Assembly: GCA_041687695.1 (NCBI GenBank)
Contig: JAWLBL010000003.1
Coordinates: 183,660-247,659, forward strand
Direction of reading: 5' to 3'
DNA length: 64,000 nt
From: Myxococcota bacterium
GTDB lineage: Bacteria > Myxococcota_A > UBA9042 > PHBI01 > JAWLBL01
Shown: positions 48,345 through 58,546 of the stretch, piece after piece
Numbering within the stretch: the first letter of the stretch is position 1
How the letters are laid out: every line of letters begins with the position of its first letter
Program-made: the position numbers and the translations under genes
The notes under the pieces: generated by a model
Told to the model about the DNA's origin: nothing
What the model saw: the letters and a program-made list of their open reading frames with translations, nothing else
Database searches by the model: none

Positions 48345-48731
48345 GAAGGCGCCGCCGCGAGTGCCGCTGCGGCGCGCTCGACGCCGGTCGGTCCGGCACC
48401 AAAGGCGCGGCCGCGAGTGACGCCGCGGCGCGCTCGGCGCCGGTCGGTCCGGCACCGAAGGCGTGGCCGCGAGTGCCGCCGCGGCGCGCTCGGCTTCGGT
48501 CGGTCCGGCACCGAAGGCGCGGCCGCGAGTGCCGCTGCGGCGCGCTCGACGCCGGTCGGTCCGGAACCAAAGGCGCGGCCGCGATCCGCCGCGGCGCGCT
48601 CGGCGCCGGTCGGTCCGGCACCGAAGGCGTGGCCGCGAGTGCCGCCGCGGCGCGCTCGGCTTCGGTCGGTCCGGGCACCGAAGGCGCGGCCGCGAGTGCT
48701 GCCGCGGCGCGCTCGGCGGCGGTCGGGCCGG
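48345..48731. repeat. Tandem array of ~7 x 56-bp GC-rich units
   Basis: Units start at 48345, 48401, 48457, 48513, 48569 (54 bp), 48623 (57 bp) and 48680 (partial); consensus GAAGGCGCGGCCGCGAGTGCCGCCGCGGCGCGCTCGGCGCCGGTCGGTCCGGCACC. Confidence 0.92.
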
Positions 48732-49192
48732 CCGCGAGCTGGGACGCTTGGCCTGGGGTGCCGTCTTTGGCCTGGGCCGCCGCATCGGGAGCGGCGACGT
48801 CTCGCGGGACGGGCCGGTGGCGGTGACTCCGAACGGAGGGGTCGGCCGGGTCGCAGTCCCAATGAGCGTCGGGACGGGCGCTGGTTGGCACGGTGGCGTC
48901 GTCCGCGCTTTGGGGCCCGGACCGATCATGACCGCGTCACGAGAAGTTCGATCAGCCGCTCCACACCGGCTGGGCCGCGGGCTCTTCAGAGCGGAGATGA
49001 TCGGCTATGCGCACGTCATGCCAGCGGCGGGGGCCGCGGGCGCGGCGGGGGGTACGCGCTGAAGGTAGGTGGCCGAACGGGGGGCGGCGCCCGTCCGTCT
49101 CGGACGCAACCAGCCTCCAATCGCTCGCAACCCGTGTGGCTGCATCGGGACGCCGGATGGACCCTGGCCTTACCCTAGCCTGCCTTTCTCAC

Positions 49193-50189
49193 CAGCTCCT
49201 GCTGCGGACGGGGCTGGCACCGCTCCTCCGCGGCGTTCTCGCTCCGGCGGGTTCGACGTACCTACAGTTACGCCTTCACCGACCTCTGCTCCGAGCACCG
49301 CGGATCTGCGCCACCATCCCTCGCCCTCGCTACGGATCTGGTGAGGAACGCAGGCTATACCCTTGAAGAGGCGCAGGATGCCGTGACGTTGCGGCGGGAA
49401 CCCGCCCCGCGCGGCGGTTCTCGATCGGATCCTCCGACGGCCGGCCCGCTGGTGAGGAGATGCCGTCCAGGGCGGGAGCGACGGTACCAACGTGAACGCC
49501 CGGCCACTCGGGTCGCGCTCGCCAAGCAGCCGGAGGTCATCGTCGATGGTCGTTGGTACGGCGACGGCTACCCAGGGCCTGCGCCCCTGGACCCGCGCCG
49601 AGAGCAAGTCCGTGGTCCCGTTCGTCGTCGGCCCGATCTGAACAGCCACGGCTGGATCGGCGGGAGCGATGAGATGCCCGCGGAGCGGCGGGTGCTGTCG
49701 AGCGGGCGTTCGCGCCCGAGACGGCGCGGCTGGAGCGCCGAGGACGCGACTGGATTGCTCCTTGGCACGAGCGGGCGCCTGCATGACTATGTCGCAGCCG
49801 TGCGAAGGAGTCCGTCGACCCCCTTCGCCGAGGGGGCCTTAGTGATGCATGGGATTCGCCGCGTCGGCGGCGATCGAGGTCCTGCGGGGGACCCAACGGT
49901 CCAGAGTGGACGTGGGCTCGAGCGGCGAGGCTCGAGGCCGACACGGAGCGGCAGACGCCGGCTTCCAGACCCAGGACCGACCCTCCGTCGGCGTCGCTGT
50001 CCGACGCGCACGGTTCGACAGCTCCTACTTCGGGCGGGGCTGGCACCGCACGTTCGCGGCGTGCTCACGCCGGACGGCCCGACGTACCATGGAGAGTACG
50101 AGGCGGCGTCACTGACGGTCCGAGACAAAGCGCTGCCAGCCACTCGGGTCTGGGGCGCCCTCCCTCGTTCTCGCTACGGATCGGGTGAG
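49193..50189 (+). repeat. Degenerate dispersed duplication (49193-49345 vs 50019-50189), possible relic of a repeat-protein gene
   Basis: Two aligned blocks, 57/70 and 28/32 identical, separated by gaps differing by 18 nt. Confidence 0.7.
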
Positions 50190-50281
50190 CGGCGCGGGCT
50201 CGGGACGCCGCGGCCGCGAGCGCCCCGGCTAGCGAGGCGGCGAGTCGGTTCAATGAGGACGGCCCCTTAGAGGATCCAAGC

Positions 50282-52306
50282 ATGTCCGCCCTGCGCAACA
50301 TCGGCATCCTGGCCCACATCGACGCCGGGAAGACGACGCTCACGGAGCAGCTGCTCTCGTTGACGGGCGTCGTGCGGCGCGCCGGATCGGTGGACGAGGG
50401 CACGGCGACGACCGATTGGTTGGTGCAGGAACAGCAGCGCGGGATCACCATCGGGAGCGCGGCCATCGCGTGCCGGTATCGGGACGTGGACATCACGATC
50501 GTCGACACCCCGGGTCACGTCGACTTCACGATCGAGGTCGAGCGCTCCCTGCGCGTGCTCGACGGTGCCGTCGTGGTTCTCAGCGGTCCCGATGGGGTTC
50601 AGGCCCAGACCGAGACCGTCTGGCACCAGGCCAGCCGGCGCTCGTTGCCCATGGTCGGGTTCGTGAACAAGCTCGATCGCGAGGGCTTCGACGACGAGCG
50701 CCTTCAAGCCGAGATCCGCGACCGTCTTGGCATCGAGCCCCTGCCGCTCCAGGTCCCCCTCGAGCACGGCGACGGGCGGCTTCGGATCGTCGACGTGCTG
50801 TCGGAGCGGGAGCTCGTCTGGGAGGAGACCGGGCGCAAGTCCGGAGCGCGCGCCGGTCTCGAGGGGCGACCCGACGAAGAGGGAGAGCTGCATCGACAGC
50901 TGGCGCTCGAGCGGATCGTGGACATGGCGACCCGCTTCGATGACGAGCTCGCCGAACAGATCCTGCTTGGAGCTACGCCGTCGACCGCGGCCTTCCTGCC
51001 GGGACTACGTCGGGCCGTCGAAGCCGGCGAATGCCTCCCGTTGGTCTATGGCGTGGCGCGCACGGGCGCGGGGCTCGCCCGGTTGGCCGACGCGATCGTG
51101 GATCTGCTGCCCGGTCCGGAGGCGGCGGGCGCGCAGCGGATGTTCGAACTCGAGACAGGCGCGTTGGGGCGTGTCAGCTTCGCGCCGGACGACGAGCGCA
51201 GCGTCGCGTTCGTCTTCAAGACGGAGCCGCGCCGAGGCGGGCAGCGGCTCGCCTATGCCCGCGTGTTCTCGGGCCGGCTCGAGCGCGACATGCGGCTGCT
51301 GCGGCTTCCAGGGCGGGAGTCGTATCGGATCGGCCGGATCGTGCGCGTCATGGGGGGAAGCGAGGAGCCCGTGGATTGGCTCGAGGCTGGTGAGATCGGA
51401 GGGTTGCTCCACCGATCGGACGAGCCACTGCCGCGGACCGGCGAGACCTTGGCCGGGAGCGACTACGGGTGGAGCTTCGAGCGCATCGACGCGCCGCGTC
51501 CCGTGATCGCGGTCGCGATCGAGGGCGAAGACTCCGAGGACGACGCCAAGATGCGAGCGGTCCTGCAGCTCGCGACGCATGACGATCCCTCGCTGAGTCT
51601 TCAGAGCGACCGCGGCACCGGTCAGACGTTGCTCGCAGGAATGGGGGAGCTGCACCTGGAGCTGGCGTTCGAGCGGCTTCGCGAGGAGCACGGGGTGCGC
51701 TTTCGGACCGGCCCGCCGCGGGCGAGGTTGCGGCGCATCGTCCGCACGGCCGCGGAGGGCGTGGGCACGGACATCGGCGAGATGACCGGCGCCCGGGTCG
51801 AGGTCGGGATCGGGCTGAGCCCGATCGCGCGGGGGCTCGGGGAGGTCGTTCGGTATCAGGGGCAACCGCCGCGGCGGCGCGAGTGGCGCGAGGCGCTCGA
51901 GGCTGGTCTGATCGAGGGTTTGGGCGTCGGGGGCTCCGATCAGATCGTCGGCGTCGAGATCACGGTCACGGATCTGGTCGTGGCGGGCGCCGAACCAGCG
52001 CCCGTCGCCTTCAGAAACGCGGCCTTACGGGCGGTCTCGGTGGCGGTCGACGGCGCAGGAGCGGTCGCCGCGGAGCCCTGGATGGTCCTGAACGTAGTCG
52101 TCCCCGACGAGCACGTCGGGCGGGTCGCGGGAGACCTGGCGCGGCGCCGGGCGCGGATCCGAGGCAGCGAGAGCCGTGGCGCGCAGCAGGTGATCGCGGC
52201 CGAGGCGCCGCTGGCCGAGCTCATCGGGTACGCCACGGCGCTCCGGTCGCTCACGGCCGGGCGCGGCGTGTTCACCATGGAGCCCGCAGGCTACGAGCCG
52301 GCGTGA
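50282..52306 (+). CDS. fusA: Divergent elongation factor G paralogue (spdEFG2/EF-G2-like)
   Basis: LRNIGILAHIDAGKTT, RGITI, DTPGHVDF, NKLD, GMGELHLE, LRSLTAGRG; domain IV strongly diverged. Confidence 0.85.
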   Translation: MSALRNIGILAHIDAGKTTLTEQLLSLTGVVRRAGSVDEGTATTDWLVQEQQRGITIGSAAIACRYRDVDITIVDTPGHVDFTIEVERSLRVLDGAVVVLSGPDGVQAQTETVWHQASRRSLPMVGFVNKLDREGFDDERLQAEIRDRLGIEPLPLQVPLEHGDGRLRIVDVLSERELVWEETGRKSGARAGLEGRPDEEGELHRQLALERIVDMATRFDDELAEQILLGATPSTAAFLPGLRRAVEAGECLPLVYGVARTGAGLARLADAIVDLLPGPEAAGAQRMFELETGALGRVSFAPDDERSVAFVFKTEPRRGGQRLAYARVFSGRLERDMRLLRLPGRESYRIGRIVRVMGGSEEPVDWLEAGEIGGLLHRSDEPLPRTGETLAGSDYGWSFERIDAPRPVIAVAIEGEDSEDDAKMRAVLQLATHDDPSLSLQSDRGTGQTLLAGMGELHLELAFERLREEHGVRFRTGPPRARLRRIVRTAAEGVGTDIGEMTGARVEVGIGLSPIARGLGEVVRYQGQPPRRREWREALEAGLIEGLGVGGSDQIVGVEITVTDLVVAGAEPAPVAFRNAALRAVSVAVDGAGAVAAEPWMVLNVVVPDEHVGRVAGDLARRRARIRGSESRGAQQVIAAEAPLAELIGYATALRSLTAGRGVFTMEPAGYEPA

Positions 52307-52332
52307 TCGGCAGGGCCACCATAGAATAGACG

Positions 52333-52361
52333 TTGACATCGCCCCGGGGCGCTTATAGAAC
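52333..52361 (+). promoter_or_regulatory. Sigma70 promoter before rpsJ
   Basis: TTGACA-N17-TAGAAC. Confidence 0.7.
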
Positions 52362-52424
52362 CATGCGCCTCGTCGTCGCGGCCCCATCGTGGCGCCACGA
52401 CGCAGGCGTACCGGAGACCCGAAG

Positions 52425-52730
52425 ATGGCTCAGAGAATTCGGATCCGCCTCAAGGCGTACGATTACAAGCTCCTGGATCAGTCCGCGAGCGAGATCATCG
52501 AGACCGTGCTGCGCACGGGCGCCAAGACGGCCGGACCCGTCCCGCTCCCGACCCGGATCAACCGCTACACGGTGCTCCGCGGTCCGCACATCGACAAGAA
52601 GAGCCGCGAGCAGTTCGAGATCCGCACGCACAAGCGTCTGCTCGACATCCTCGAGCCCACGCAGGCGACGCTCGACGCGCTCATGAAGCTCGATCTGTCC
52701 GCGGGCGTGGACGTCGAGATCAAGACCTGA
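52425..52730 (+). CDS. rpsJ: 30S ribosomal protein S10
   Basis: [30 protein letters not shown]. Confidence 0.98.
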   Translation: MAQRIRIRLKAYDYKLLDQSASEIIETVLRTGAKTAGPVPLPTRINRYTVLRGPHIDKKSREQFEIRTHKRLLDILEPTQATLDALMKLDLSAGVDVEIKT

Positions 52731-52966
52731 TCGCCCTGTAGCAACCTCTAGACCTCTAAGGGTCCTCAACAGCTCGCTGTGGGACCCACCGCCGGACGAA
52801 GGACGTCCCACCCGGTTCGTGGACGCACCCGTCAGGCCACACGCTCCCCCGATCGGCAACCGCCTGGGCGGCGCGTGATTCTCAGACGAATCGGACTTGG
52901 CCGGCCTCCAGCGCCGGCGGGAACCCGTGCGCGGAACACGCTTTACGCGACCCCGCACGTGCCCGC

Positions 52967-52995
52967 TTGACGCGCTCGGAGCCCGGTGGTAGCAG
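52967..52995 (+). promoter_or_regulatory. Possible promoter before rplD
   Basis: TTGACG-N17-TAGCAG with TG just upstream of the -10. Confidence 0.45.
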
Positions 52996-53049
52996 GCGGA
53001 CCCTTCGCCGCGACCGCGGCCAAGGATCGACCTTCAGGAGCTTACGGCC

Positions 53050-53670
53050 ATGCCAGTGGTGGATGTCTTCAACCTGGACCGACAGAAGGTCGGCACCCTC
53101 GAGCTGAGCGACGGGGTGTTCGATGTCGAGGTCCGCGACCACCTGTTCCACGAAGTCGTCCGAGCCCAGCTCGCCGCTCGCCGCTCGGGCACGGCGCACA
53201 CCAAGGGACGCAGCCAGGTGAAGGGCTCGCGCAAGAAGGTGTGGCGCCAGAAGGGCACGGGCCGCGCGCGTCAGGGCGATCGCAACGCCCCGCACTGGGT
53301 CGGTGGCGGCGTGGTGCACGGCCCCAAGCCGCGCTCGTACGAGCACAAGGTCAACAAGAAGACGCGTCGCGCCGCCCTGTGCGCCGCGCTGTCGCGTCGT
53401 CAGCAGGAAGGTCGCCTCTTCGTGGTCGACAGCTTCCAGCTGCCCGAGATCAAGACGCGCCAGGTCGCCAGTGTGCTGAAGACGTTCGAGGCCCCCAAGG
53501 CCCTCGTCATCGACACCGACAACACCAACCTGGACCGCAGCGCCCGCAACCTCGCGACGTCGCAGTACCTGCCCGTCGCCGGCCTGAACGTCTACGACAT
53601 CCTGCGTCACGACGTCGTGCTGGTGACCCAGGACGCCGCGCGCGCCATCGAAGCGAGGCTCACGAAATGA
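53050..53670 (+). CDS. rplD: 50S ribosomal protein L4
   Basis: WRQKGTGRARQG, GGGVVHGPKPR. Confidence 0.98.
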   Translation: MPVVDVFNLDRQKVGTLELSDGVFDVEVRDHLFHEVVRAQLAARRSGTAHTKGRSQVKGSRKKVWRQKGTGRARQGDRNAPHWVGGGVVHGPKPRSYEHKVNKKTRRAALCAALSRRQQEGRLFVVDSFQLPEIKTRQVASVLKTFEAPKALVIDTDNTNLDRSARNLATSQYLPVAGLNVYDILRHDVVLVTQDAARAIEARLTK

Positions 53671-53960
53671 GCGAGAGCATCTTCAGCGTCATCAAGCGCC
53701 CGGTGGTCACCGAGAAGACCAATGGTCTCCGCGAGGAGATGAACCAGTACGTCTTCGAGGTCAACCGGGACGCCAACAAGATTCAGGTGCGCGAGGCCGT
53801 CGAGAAGATCTTCGGCGTCCGCGTGGTCGACGTCCGCACGTCCGTGGTCCGCGGCAAGGTCAAGCGGACCCGCCGTGGCTTCGGCAAGGAGTCGAACTGG
53901 AAGCGGGCCGTGGTGACCCTGCGGGACGGCGACACGATCGCGCTGTTCGAGGGCGTGTAA
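53667..53960 (+). CDS. rplW: 50S ribosomal protein L23
   Basis: [27 protein letters not shown] overlap with rplD. Confidence 0.97.
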   Translation: MSESIFSVIKRPVVTEKTNGLREEMNQYVFEVNRDANKIQVREAVEKIFGVRVVDVRTSVVRGKVKRTRRGFGKESNWKRAVVTLRDGDTIALFEGV

Positions 53961-53973
53961 GGGAGGGGCGACG

Positions 53974-54801
53974 ATGGGCATCAAGCGATACAAGCCGACG
54001 AGCGCCGGACGCCGCGGCATGACGGTCTCCGGGTTCGACGAGATCACCAAGACCGAGCCCGAGAAGAGCCTCCTGGCGCCGCTGAAGAAGTCGGGCGGGC
54101 GTAACAACCGTGGCCGCGTCACGGCTCGGCACATCGGCGGCGGCCACAAGCGCCGCTACCGGCTGATCGACTTCAAGCGGAACAAGGTCGGCGTCCCCGC
54201 CCGCGTGGCGGCGGTCGAGTACGACCCGAACCGCGGTGCGCGGCTCGCGCTGCTGCACTACGCGGACGGCGAGAAGTCGTACATCCTGTGCCCCGACGGC
54301 CTCAAGGTCGGCGACCAGGTCATCTCCAGCCGGAACGCGGACATCAAGCCGGGCAACAGCCTCCCGCTCGAGGTGATCCCGACCGGTACGATCGTCCACA
54401 ACATCGAGCTTCGCCCGCGCAAGGGCGGGCAGCTGGCGCGCGGCGCCGGCTGCGGCGCGCAGCTGATGGCCAAGGAGGGCAAGTACGCCCTGCTTCGGCT
54501 CCCTTCGGGCGAGCTGCGGCGCGTCCTGGGGACCTGCCGCGCGACCGTCGGCACCGTGGGCAACGCGGATCGGCAGAACATCCTGTGGGGCAAGGCGGGC
54601 AAGACCCGCTGGCTCGGCAAGCGCCCGAAGGTCCGCGGCGTCGCGATGAACCCGGTCGATCACCCCCACGGCGGTGGCGAAGGCCGCACCTCGGGTGGTC
54701 GTCACCCGGTGACGCCGTGGGGCATCCCGACCAAGGGCAAGAAGACCCGGAACAACAAGGCGACCGATCGCTGGATCGTCCGTCGCCGCAACGTGAAGTA
54801 A
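53974..54801 (+). CDS. rplB: 50S ribosomal protein L2
   Basis: [26 protein letters not shown]. Confidence 0.99.
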   Translation: MGIKRYKPTSAGRRGMTVSGFDEITKTEPEKSLLAPLKKSGGRNNRGRVTARHIGGGHKRRYRLIDFKRNKVGVPARVAAVEYDPNRGARLALLHYADGEKSYILCPDGLKVGDQVISSRNADIKPGNSLPLEVIPTGTIVHNIELRPRKGGQLARGAGCGAQLMAKEGKYALLRLPSGELRRVLGTCRATVGTVGNADRQNILWGKAGKTRWLGKRPKVRGVAMNPVDHPHGGGEGRTSGGRHPVTPWGIPTKGKKTRNNKATDRWIVRRRNVK

Positions 54802-54813
54802 CGAGGTAGAGCC

Positions 54814-55098
54814 GTGCCACGCTCCATCAAGAAGGGTCCGTTCATCGACGACCACCTGAGCAAGAAGGTCGACGAGTGCGTCCGGACCGGGAACAAGAAG
54901 GTCATCAAGACCTGGAGCCGCCGCTCCACCATCGTTCCGGAGATGGTCGGGATGACGATGGCCGTCCACAACGGCCGTAAGTTCCTGCCCGTCTTCATCA
55001 CCGAGAACATGGTCGGCCACAAGCTCGGGGAGTTCGCGCCGACGCGCACCTTCCACGGGCATGCAGCCGACAAGAAGGCCAAGGTCCGCGGCCGGTAG
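54814..55098 (+). CDS. rpsS: 30S ribosomal protein S19
   Basis: [17 protein letters not shown]. Confidence 0.98.
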   Translation: MPRSIKKGPFIDDHLSKKVDECVRTGNKKVIKTWSRRSTIVPEMVGMTMAVHNGRKFLPVFITENMVGHKLGEFAPTRTFHGHAADKKAKVRGR

Positions 55099-55115
55099 GC
55101 TCGAGGGAGTACGTC

Positions 55116-55451
55116 ATGGAAGCCAAAGCGACCCTGCGCTATCTGCGCATGACGCCCCGGAAGGTGCGCGTGGTGCTCGACGCGATCCGCGATCAGAGCG
55201 TCGAGCTGGCCCTCGCCCAGCTCCGGTTCACCAACCGCCGCGCTGCTCGAACGGTCCACAAGCTGCTCGAGTCGGCCGTGGCCAACGCCAACCAGGCGTT
55301 CGGCGGCGAGGCGCCCGGGCTGTACGTCAAGGCGGCCTACGCCGACGAGGGGCCGACCCTGCGCCGGTTCCTGCCCCGCGCGATGGGCCGGGCCACCCGC
55401 ATCAACAAGAAGACCAGCCACGTCACCGTGGTTGTCGCCGAGCGCGAGTAG
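55116..55451 (+). CDS. rplV: 50S ribosomal protein L22
   Basis: PRKVR, SAVANA, PRAMGRA. Confidence 0.98.
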   Translation: MEAKATLRYLRMTPRKVRVVLDAIRDQSVELALAQLRFTNRRAARTVHKLLESAVANANQAFGGEAPGLYVKAAYADEGPTLRRFLPRAMGRATRINKKTSHVTVVVAERE

Positions 55452-55460
55452 GAGAGGACC

Positions 55461-56129
55461 GTGGGGCAGAAGGTCAAGCCGATTGGTTTCCGCATCGGCG
55501 TCACGAAGACGTGGAACTCGAAGTGGTACGCCGAGAAGAACTACGCCAAGTGGCTTCATGAAGACCTGAAGATCAAGGACTTCATCAAGCAGAAGATGAG
55601 CCACGCCGGCATCAGCCGCGTGGACATCGAGCGCTCGTCGATGAAGTGCACGGTCAACGTCCACACGGCGCGACCGGGCATCATCATCGGCAAGAAGGGG
55701 CAGGGCGCCGAGCAGCTCAAGAACGACGTTCAGAAGCTGACGGAGTCCAAGGTCTACCTGAACATCCACGAGGTCCGGAAGGCCGAGACCGACGCCCAGC
55801 TGGTCGCCGAGAACGTCGCGACCCAGCTCGAGCGCCGCGTGTCCTTCCGCCGCGCCATGAAGAAGGCCGTCCAGACGGCGATGAAGTTCGGGGCCAAGGG
55901 CATCCGACTGAACGCCTCGGGCCGGCTCGGTGGCGCCGAGATGTCCCGCCGTGAGTGGTACCGCGAGGGCCGCGTGCCGCTGCACACTCTGCGCGCCGAC
56001 ATCGACTACGGCTACGCCATCGCGAAGACGACGTACGGCGTCATCGGCGTCCAGGTCTGGATCTACAAGGGCGACGTGCTCAAGGAGCGGCGCGCCGCTG
56101 CCGCCAGCACCGCCGCGCCGCGGCGCTGA
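55461..56129 (+). CDS. rpsC: 30S ribosomal protein S3
   Basis: [29 protein letters not shown]. Confidence 0.98.
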   Translation: MGQKVKPIGFRIGVTKTWNSKWYAEKNYAKWLHEDLKIKDFIKQKMSHAGISRVDIERSSMKCTVNVHTARPGIIIGKKGQGAEQLKNDVQKLTESKVYLNIHEVRKAETDAQLVAENVATQLERRVSFRRAMKKAVQTAMKFGAKGIRLNASGRLGGAEMSRREWYREGRVPLHTLRADIDYGYAIAKTTYGVIGVQVWIYKGDVLKERRAAAASTAAPRR

Positions 56130-56159
56130 TCGCGCCTAGCAAGTCGAGGAGAAGGACAC

Positions 56160-56579
56160 ATGCTGGCACCTAAGCGAGTCAAGTTCCGCAAGGCCTTCAA
56201 GGGGCGCATGCGGGGCAACGCCCAGCGCGGAAACAACGTCGACTTCGGCACCTTCGGCCTGCAGGCCGTCGAGCGTGGCTGGATGACGTCGCGTCAGATC
56301 GAGGCCGCTCGTATCGCGATGACGCGTCACATCAAGCGCGGTGGCCAGATCTGGATCCGCGTCTTCCCGGACAAGCCGATCACGAAGAAGCCCGCCGAGA
56401 CCCGAATGGGTAAGGGAAAGGGCTCGCCGGATCACTGGGTGGCGGTCGTGCTGCCCGGGCGCGTGCTTTACGAGATGGAGGGTGTGGACGAGGCGACGGC
56501 GCGCGAGGCGTTCCGTCTGGCCGCCCACAAGCTGCCCTTCAAGACTCGCGTTCTGAAGAAGGATGAGGTGACGGCATGA
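56160..56579 (+). CDS. rplP: 50S ribosomal protein L16
   Basis: RQIEAAR, RMGKGKG, AAHKLP. Confidence 0.98.
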   Translation: MLAPKRVKFRKAFKGRMRGNAQRGNNVDFGTFGLQAVERGWMTSRQIEAARIAMTRHIKRGGQIWIRVFPDKPITKKPAETRMGKGKGSPDHWVAVVLPGRVLYEMEGVDEATAREAFRLAAHKLPFKTRVLKKDEVTA

Positions 56580-56788
56580 AGGGCCAGGACTTCAGGACGC
56601 TCGGCGTCGAGGATCTGCGCGCGAAGGTCAAGTCCCTTCGCGAGGACCTGTTCCGGGTGAAGTTCCAGAACGCCACGGCGCAGCTCAGCGACAGCTCCCA
56701 GATCGGCAAGACGCGCAAGGACCTCGCGCGCGCGCTCACCATCCTGGGCGAGCTCGAGCGGGGCCAGACCTCGACGCAGGAAGGGTAG
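56576..56788 (+). CDS. rpmC: 50S ribosomal protein L29
   Basis: [15 protein letters not shown]; canonical position. Confidence 0.95.
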   Translation: MKGQDFRTLGVEDLRAKVKSLREDLFRVKFQNATAQLSDSSQIGKTRKDLARALTILGELERGQTSTQEG

Positions 56789-56792
56789 GACG

Positions 56793-57050
56793 ATGACTGA
56801 GCGCGGTAACAAGAAGACGCTGATCGGTCTCGTGGCCAGCGACAAGATGAGCAAGACCATCGTCGTCGAGGTCACGCGTAAGACGATGCACCCCATCTAT
56901 CACAAGTACATCACCCGTCGTAAGCGCTACAAGGCGCACGACGAGAACGACGATTGCCGCATCGGCGACCGCGTCCTCATCGAGGAGTGCCGTCCGCTGA
57001 GCCGCGACAAGCGTTGGCGGCTCAAGCAGATTCTGGAGCGTGCGGTCTAG
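56793..57050 (+). CDS. rpsQ: 30S ribosomal protein S17
   Basis: [21 protein letters not shown]. Confidence 0.97.
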   Translation: MTERGNKKTLIGLVASDKMSKTIVVEVTRKTMHPIYHKYITRRKRYKAHDENDDCRIGDRVLIEECRPLSRDKRWRLKQILERAV

Positions 57051-57098
57051 GCGCTCGTCGCCTTCCGAACCCAGCTCGAAAGTCGAGGAGGATTCAGC

Positions 57099-57467
57099 AT
57101 GATCCAGATGCAATCGATCCTGGTCGCGGCCGACAACTCAGGGGCCAAGCGACTGCAGTGCATCAAGGTCCTGGGCGGCTCCAAGCGGAAGTACGCCTCG
57201 ATCGGCGACATCATCGTCGTGTCGGTCAAGGAAGCCCTGCCGAAGTCACGCGTCAAGAAGAAGGACGTCGTGAAGGCGGTCATCGTCCGCACGCGCAAGG
57301 AGATCGCGCGGCCGGACGGGTCGAGCATCCGCTTCGACGAGAACGCGGCCGTTCTCATCAACAACGCCGGCGAGCCGATCGGCACTCGTATCTTCGGGCC
57401 CGTGGCGCGCGAGCTTCGCGCCAAGCGCTTCATGAAGATCGTCTCGCTCGCTCCTGAAGTTCTGTAG
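57099..57467 (+). CDS. rplN: 50S ribosomal protein L14
   Basis: [26 protein letters not shown]. Confidence 0.98.
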   Translation: MIQMQSILVAADNSGAKRLQCIKVLGGSKRKYASIGDIIVVSVKEALPKSRVKKKDVVKAVIVRTRKEIARPDGSSIRFDENAAVLINNAGEPIGTRIFGPVARELRAKRFMKIVSLAPEVL

Positions 57468-57477
57468 GAGTCGCGCC

Positions 57478-57786
57478 ATGAACCGCATTCGCAAGGGCGA
57501 CACGGTCCGCGTCATCGCGGGCAAGGAACGCGGCAAGGAAGGCAAGGTCATCGGGTTCACCCATGACGGCCAGCGCGTCCTCGTCGAGAAGCTGAACATC
57601 GTCAAGCGCCATACCCGGCCCACCCAAACCAACCAGATGGGCGGCATCGTCGAGAAGGAAGCCGGGATCCACATCAGCAACGTCATGCCCCTCACGCCGA
57701 GCGGCCAGCCGACGCGCGTCCAGTTCGTGGAACGCGACGGCAAGAAGGTCCGCTTCAGCAAGAAGCATGACGAGATCCTGGACTAA
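57478..57786 (+). CDS. rplX: 50S ribosomal protein L24
   Basis: [14 protein letters not shown] motif, IHISNV. Confidence 0.97.
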   Translation: MNRIRKGDTVRVIAGKERGKEGKVIGFTHDGQRVLVEKLNIVKRHTRPTQTNQMGGIVEKEAGIHISNVMPLTPSGQPTRVQFVERDGKKVRFSKKHDEILD

Positions 57787-57798
57787 GGGAGCGTCGCC

Positions 57799-58338
57799 AT
57801 GGCTCGGCTGAAAGAGTTCTACAACGCTGAAGTCACCAAGCAGCTGATGTCGGAGTTCGCCTACACGAACCCGATGCAGGTGCCGAAGCTCCAGAAGATC
57901 TCCGTGAACATGGGTCTCGGTGAGGCGGTGCAGAACGCCAAGATCATCGACGGCGCCCTCGCGGAGCTTGCGCTCATCACCGGTCAGAAGCCGGTGATCA
58001 CGCGCGCCCGCAAGGCCATCGCGGGCTTCAAGCTGCGCCAGGGGATGCCGATCGGCGTCGCCGTGACGCTGCGCCGCGAGCGGATGTACGAGTTCCTCGA
58101 CCGCCTCATCAACGTGGCGCTGCCTCGCGTGCGTGACTTCAAGGGCGTGTCGCCCAAGGGGTTCGATGGGCGGGGCAACTACTCGATGGGCATCCGCGAG
58201 CAGATCATCTTCCCCGAGATCAACTACGACACGGTCGACAAGGTGAAGGGTCTCAACATCACCATGGTCACGACCGCGCGGACGGATGACGAGGCGCGTC
58301 GTCTGCTGTCGCACTTCGGCATGCCGTTTCGGAAGTAG
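57799..58338 (+). CDS. rplE: 50S ribosomal protein L5
   Basis: [26 protein letters not shown]. Confidence 0.98.
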   Translation: MARLKEFYNAEVTKQLMSEFAYTNPMQVPKLQKISVNMGLGEAVQNAKIIDGALAELALITGQKPVITRARKAIAGFKLRQGMPIGVAVTLRRERMYEFLDRLINVALPRVRDFKGVSPKGFDGRGNYSMGIREQIIFPEINYDTVDKVKGLNITMVTTARTDDEARRLLSHFGMPFRK

Positions 58339-58349
58339 GAGACACAGCG

Positions 58350-58535
58350 GTGGCTAAGACCTCCCAGAGAGTCCGGGCCCAGCGGCCCGCCAAGTTCAAA
58401 GTTCGCCAGCACAATCGTTGCCCGCGTTGCGGCCGCCCCCGTGCGTACTACCGGAAATTCGCCCTGTGCCGCGTCTGCTTCCGTGACCTGGCGCTCGCGG
58501 GCGAGATCCCCGGCGTGACCAAGGCGAGCTGGTAG
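58350..58535 (+). CDS. rpsZ: 30S ribosomal protein S14 type Z (Zn-binding)
   Basis: 61 aa, CPRCGR...[15 protein letters not shown]. Confidence 0.97.
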   Translation: MAKTSQRVRAQRPAKFKVRQHNRCPRCGRPRAYYRKFALCRVCFRDLALAGEIPGVTKASW

Positions 58536-58546
58536 GAGGACCCGAC

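Noticed and set aside
48345..48731. CRISPR array
   Set aside because: Units are contiguous with no unique spacers, are 56 bp long, and there are no cas genes in the window
47773..49366. Multiple overlapping ORFs in the rpsG-fusA insert, or an IS element
   Set aside because: Low-complexity translations of repeats; no transposase motif, terminal inverted repeats or clear RBS found
50019..50060. RHS/DUF6531-like FGRGW motif in an alternative frame of the duplicated block
   Set aside because: Only a 5-residue resemblance with no YD repeats; the substitution pattern favours the other frame
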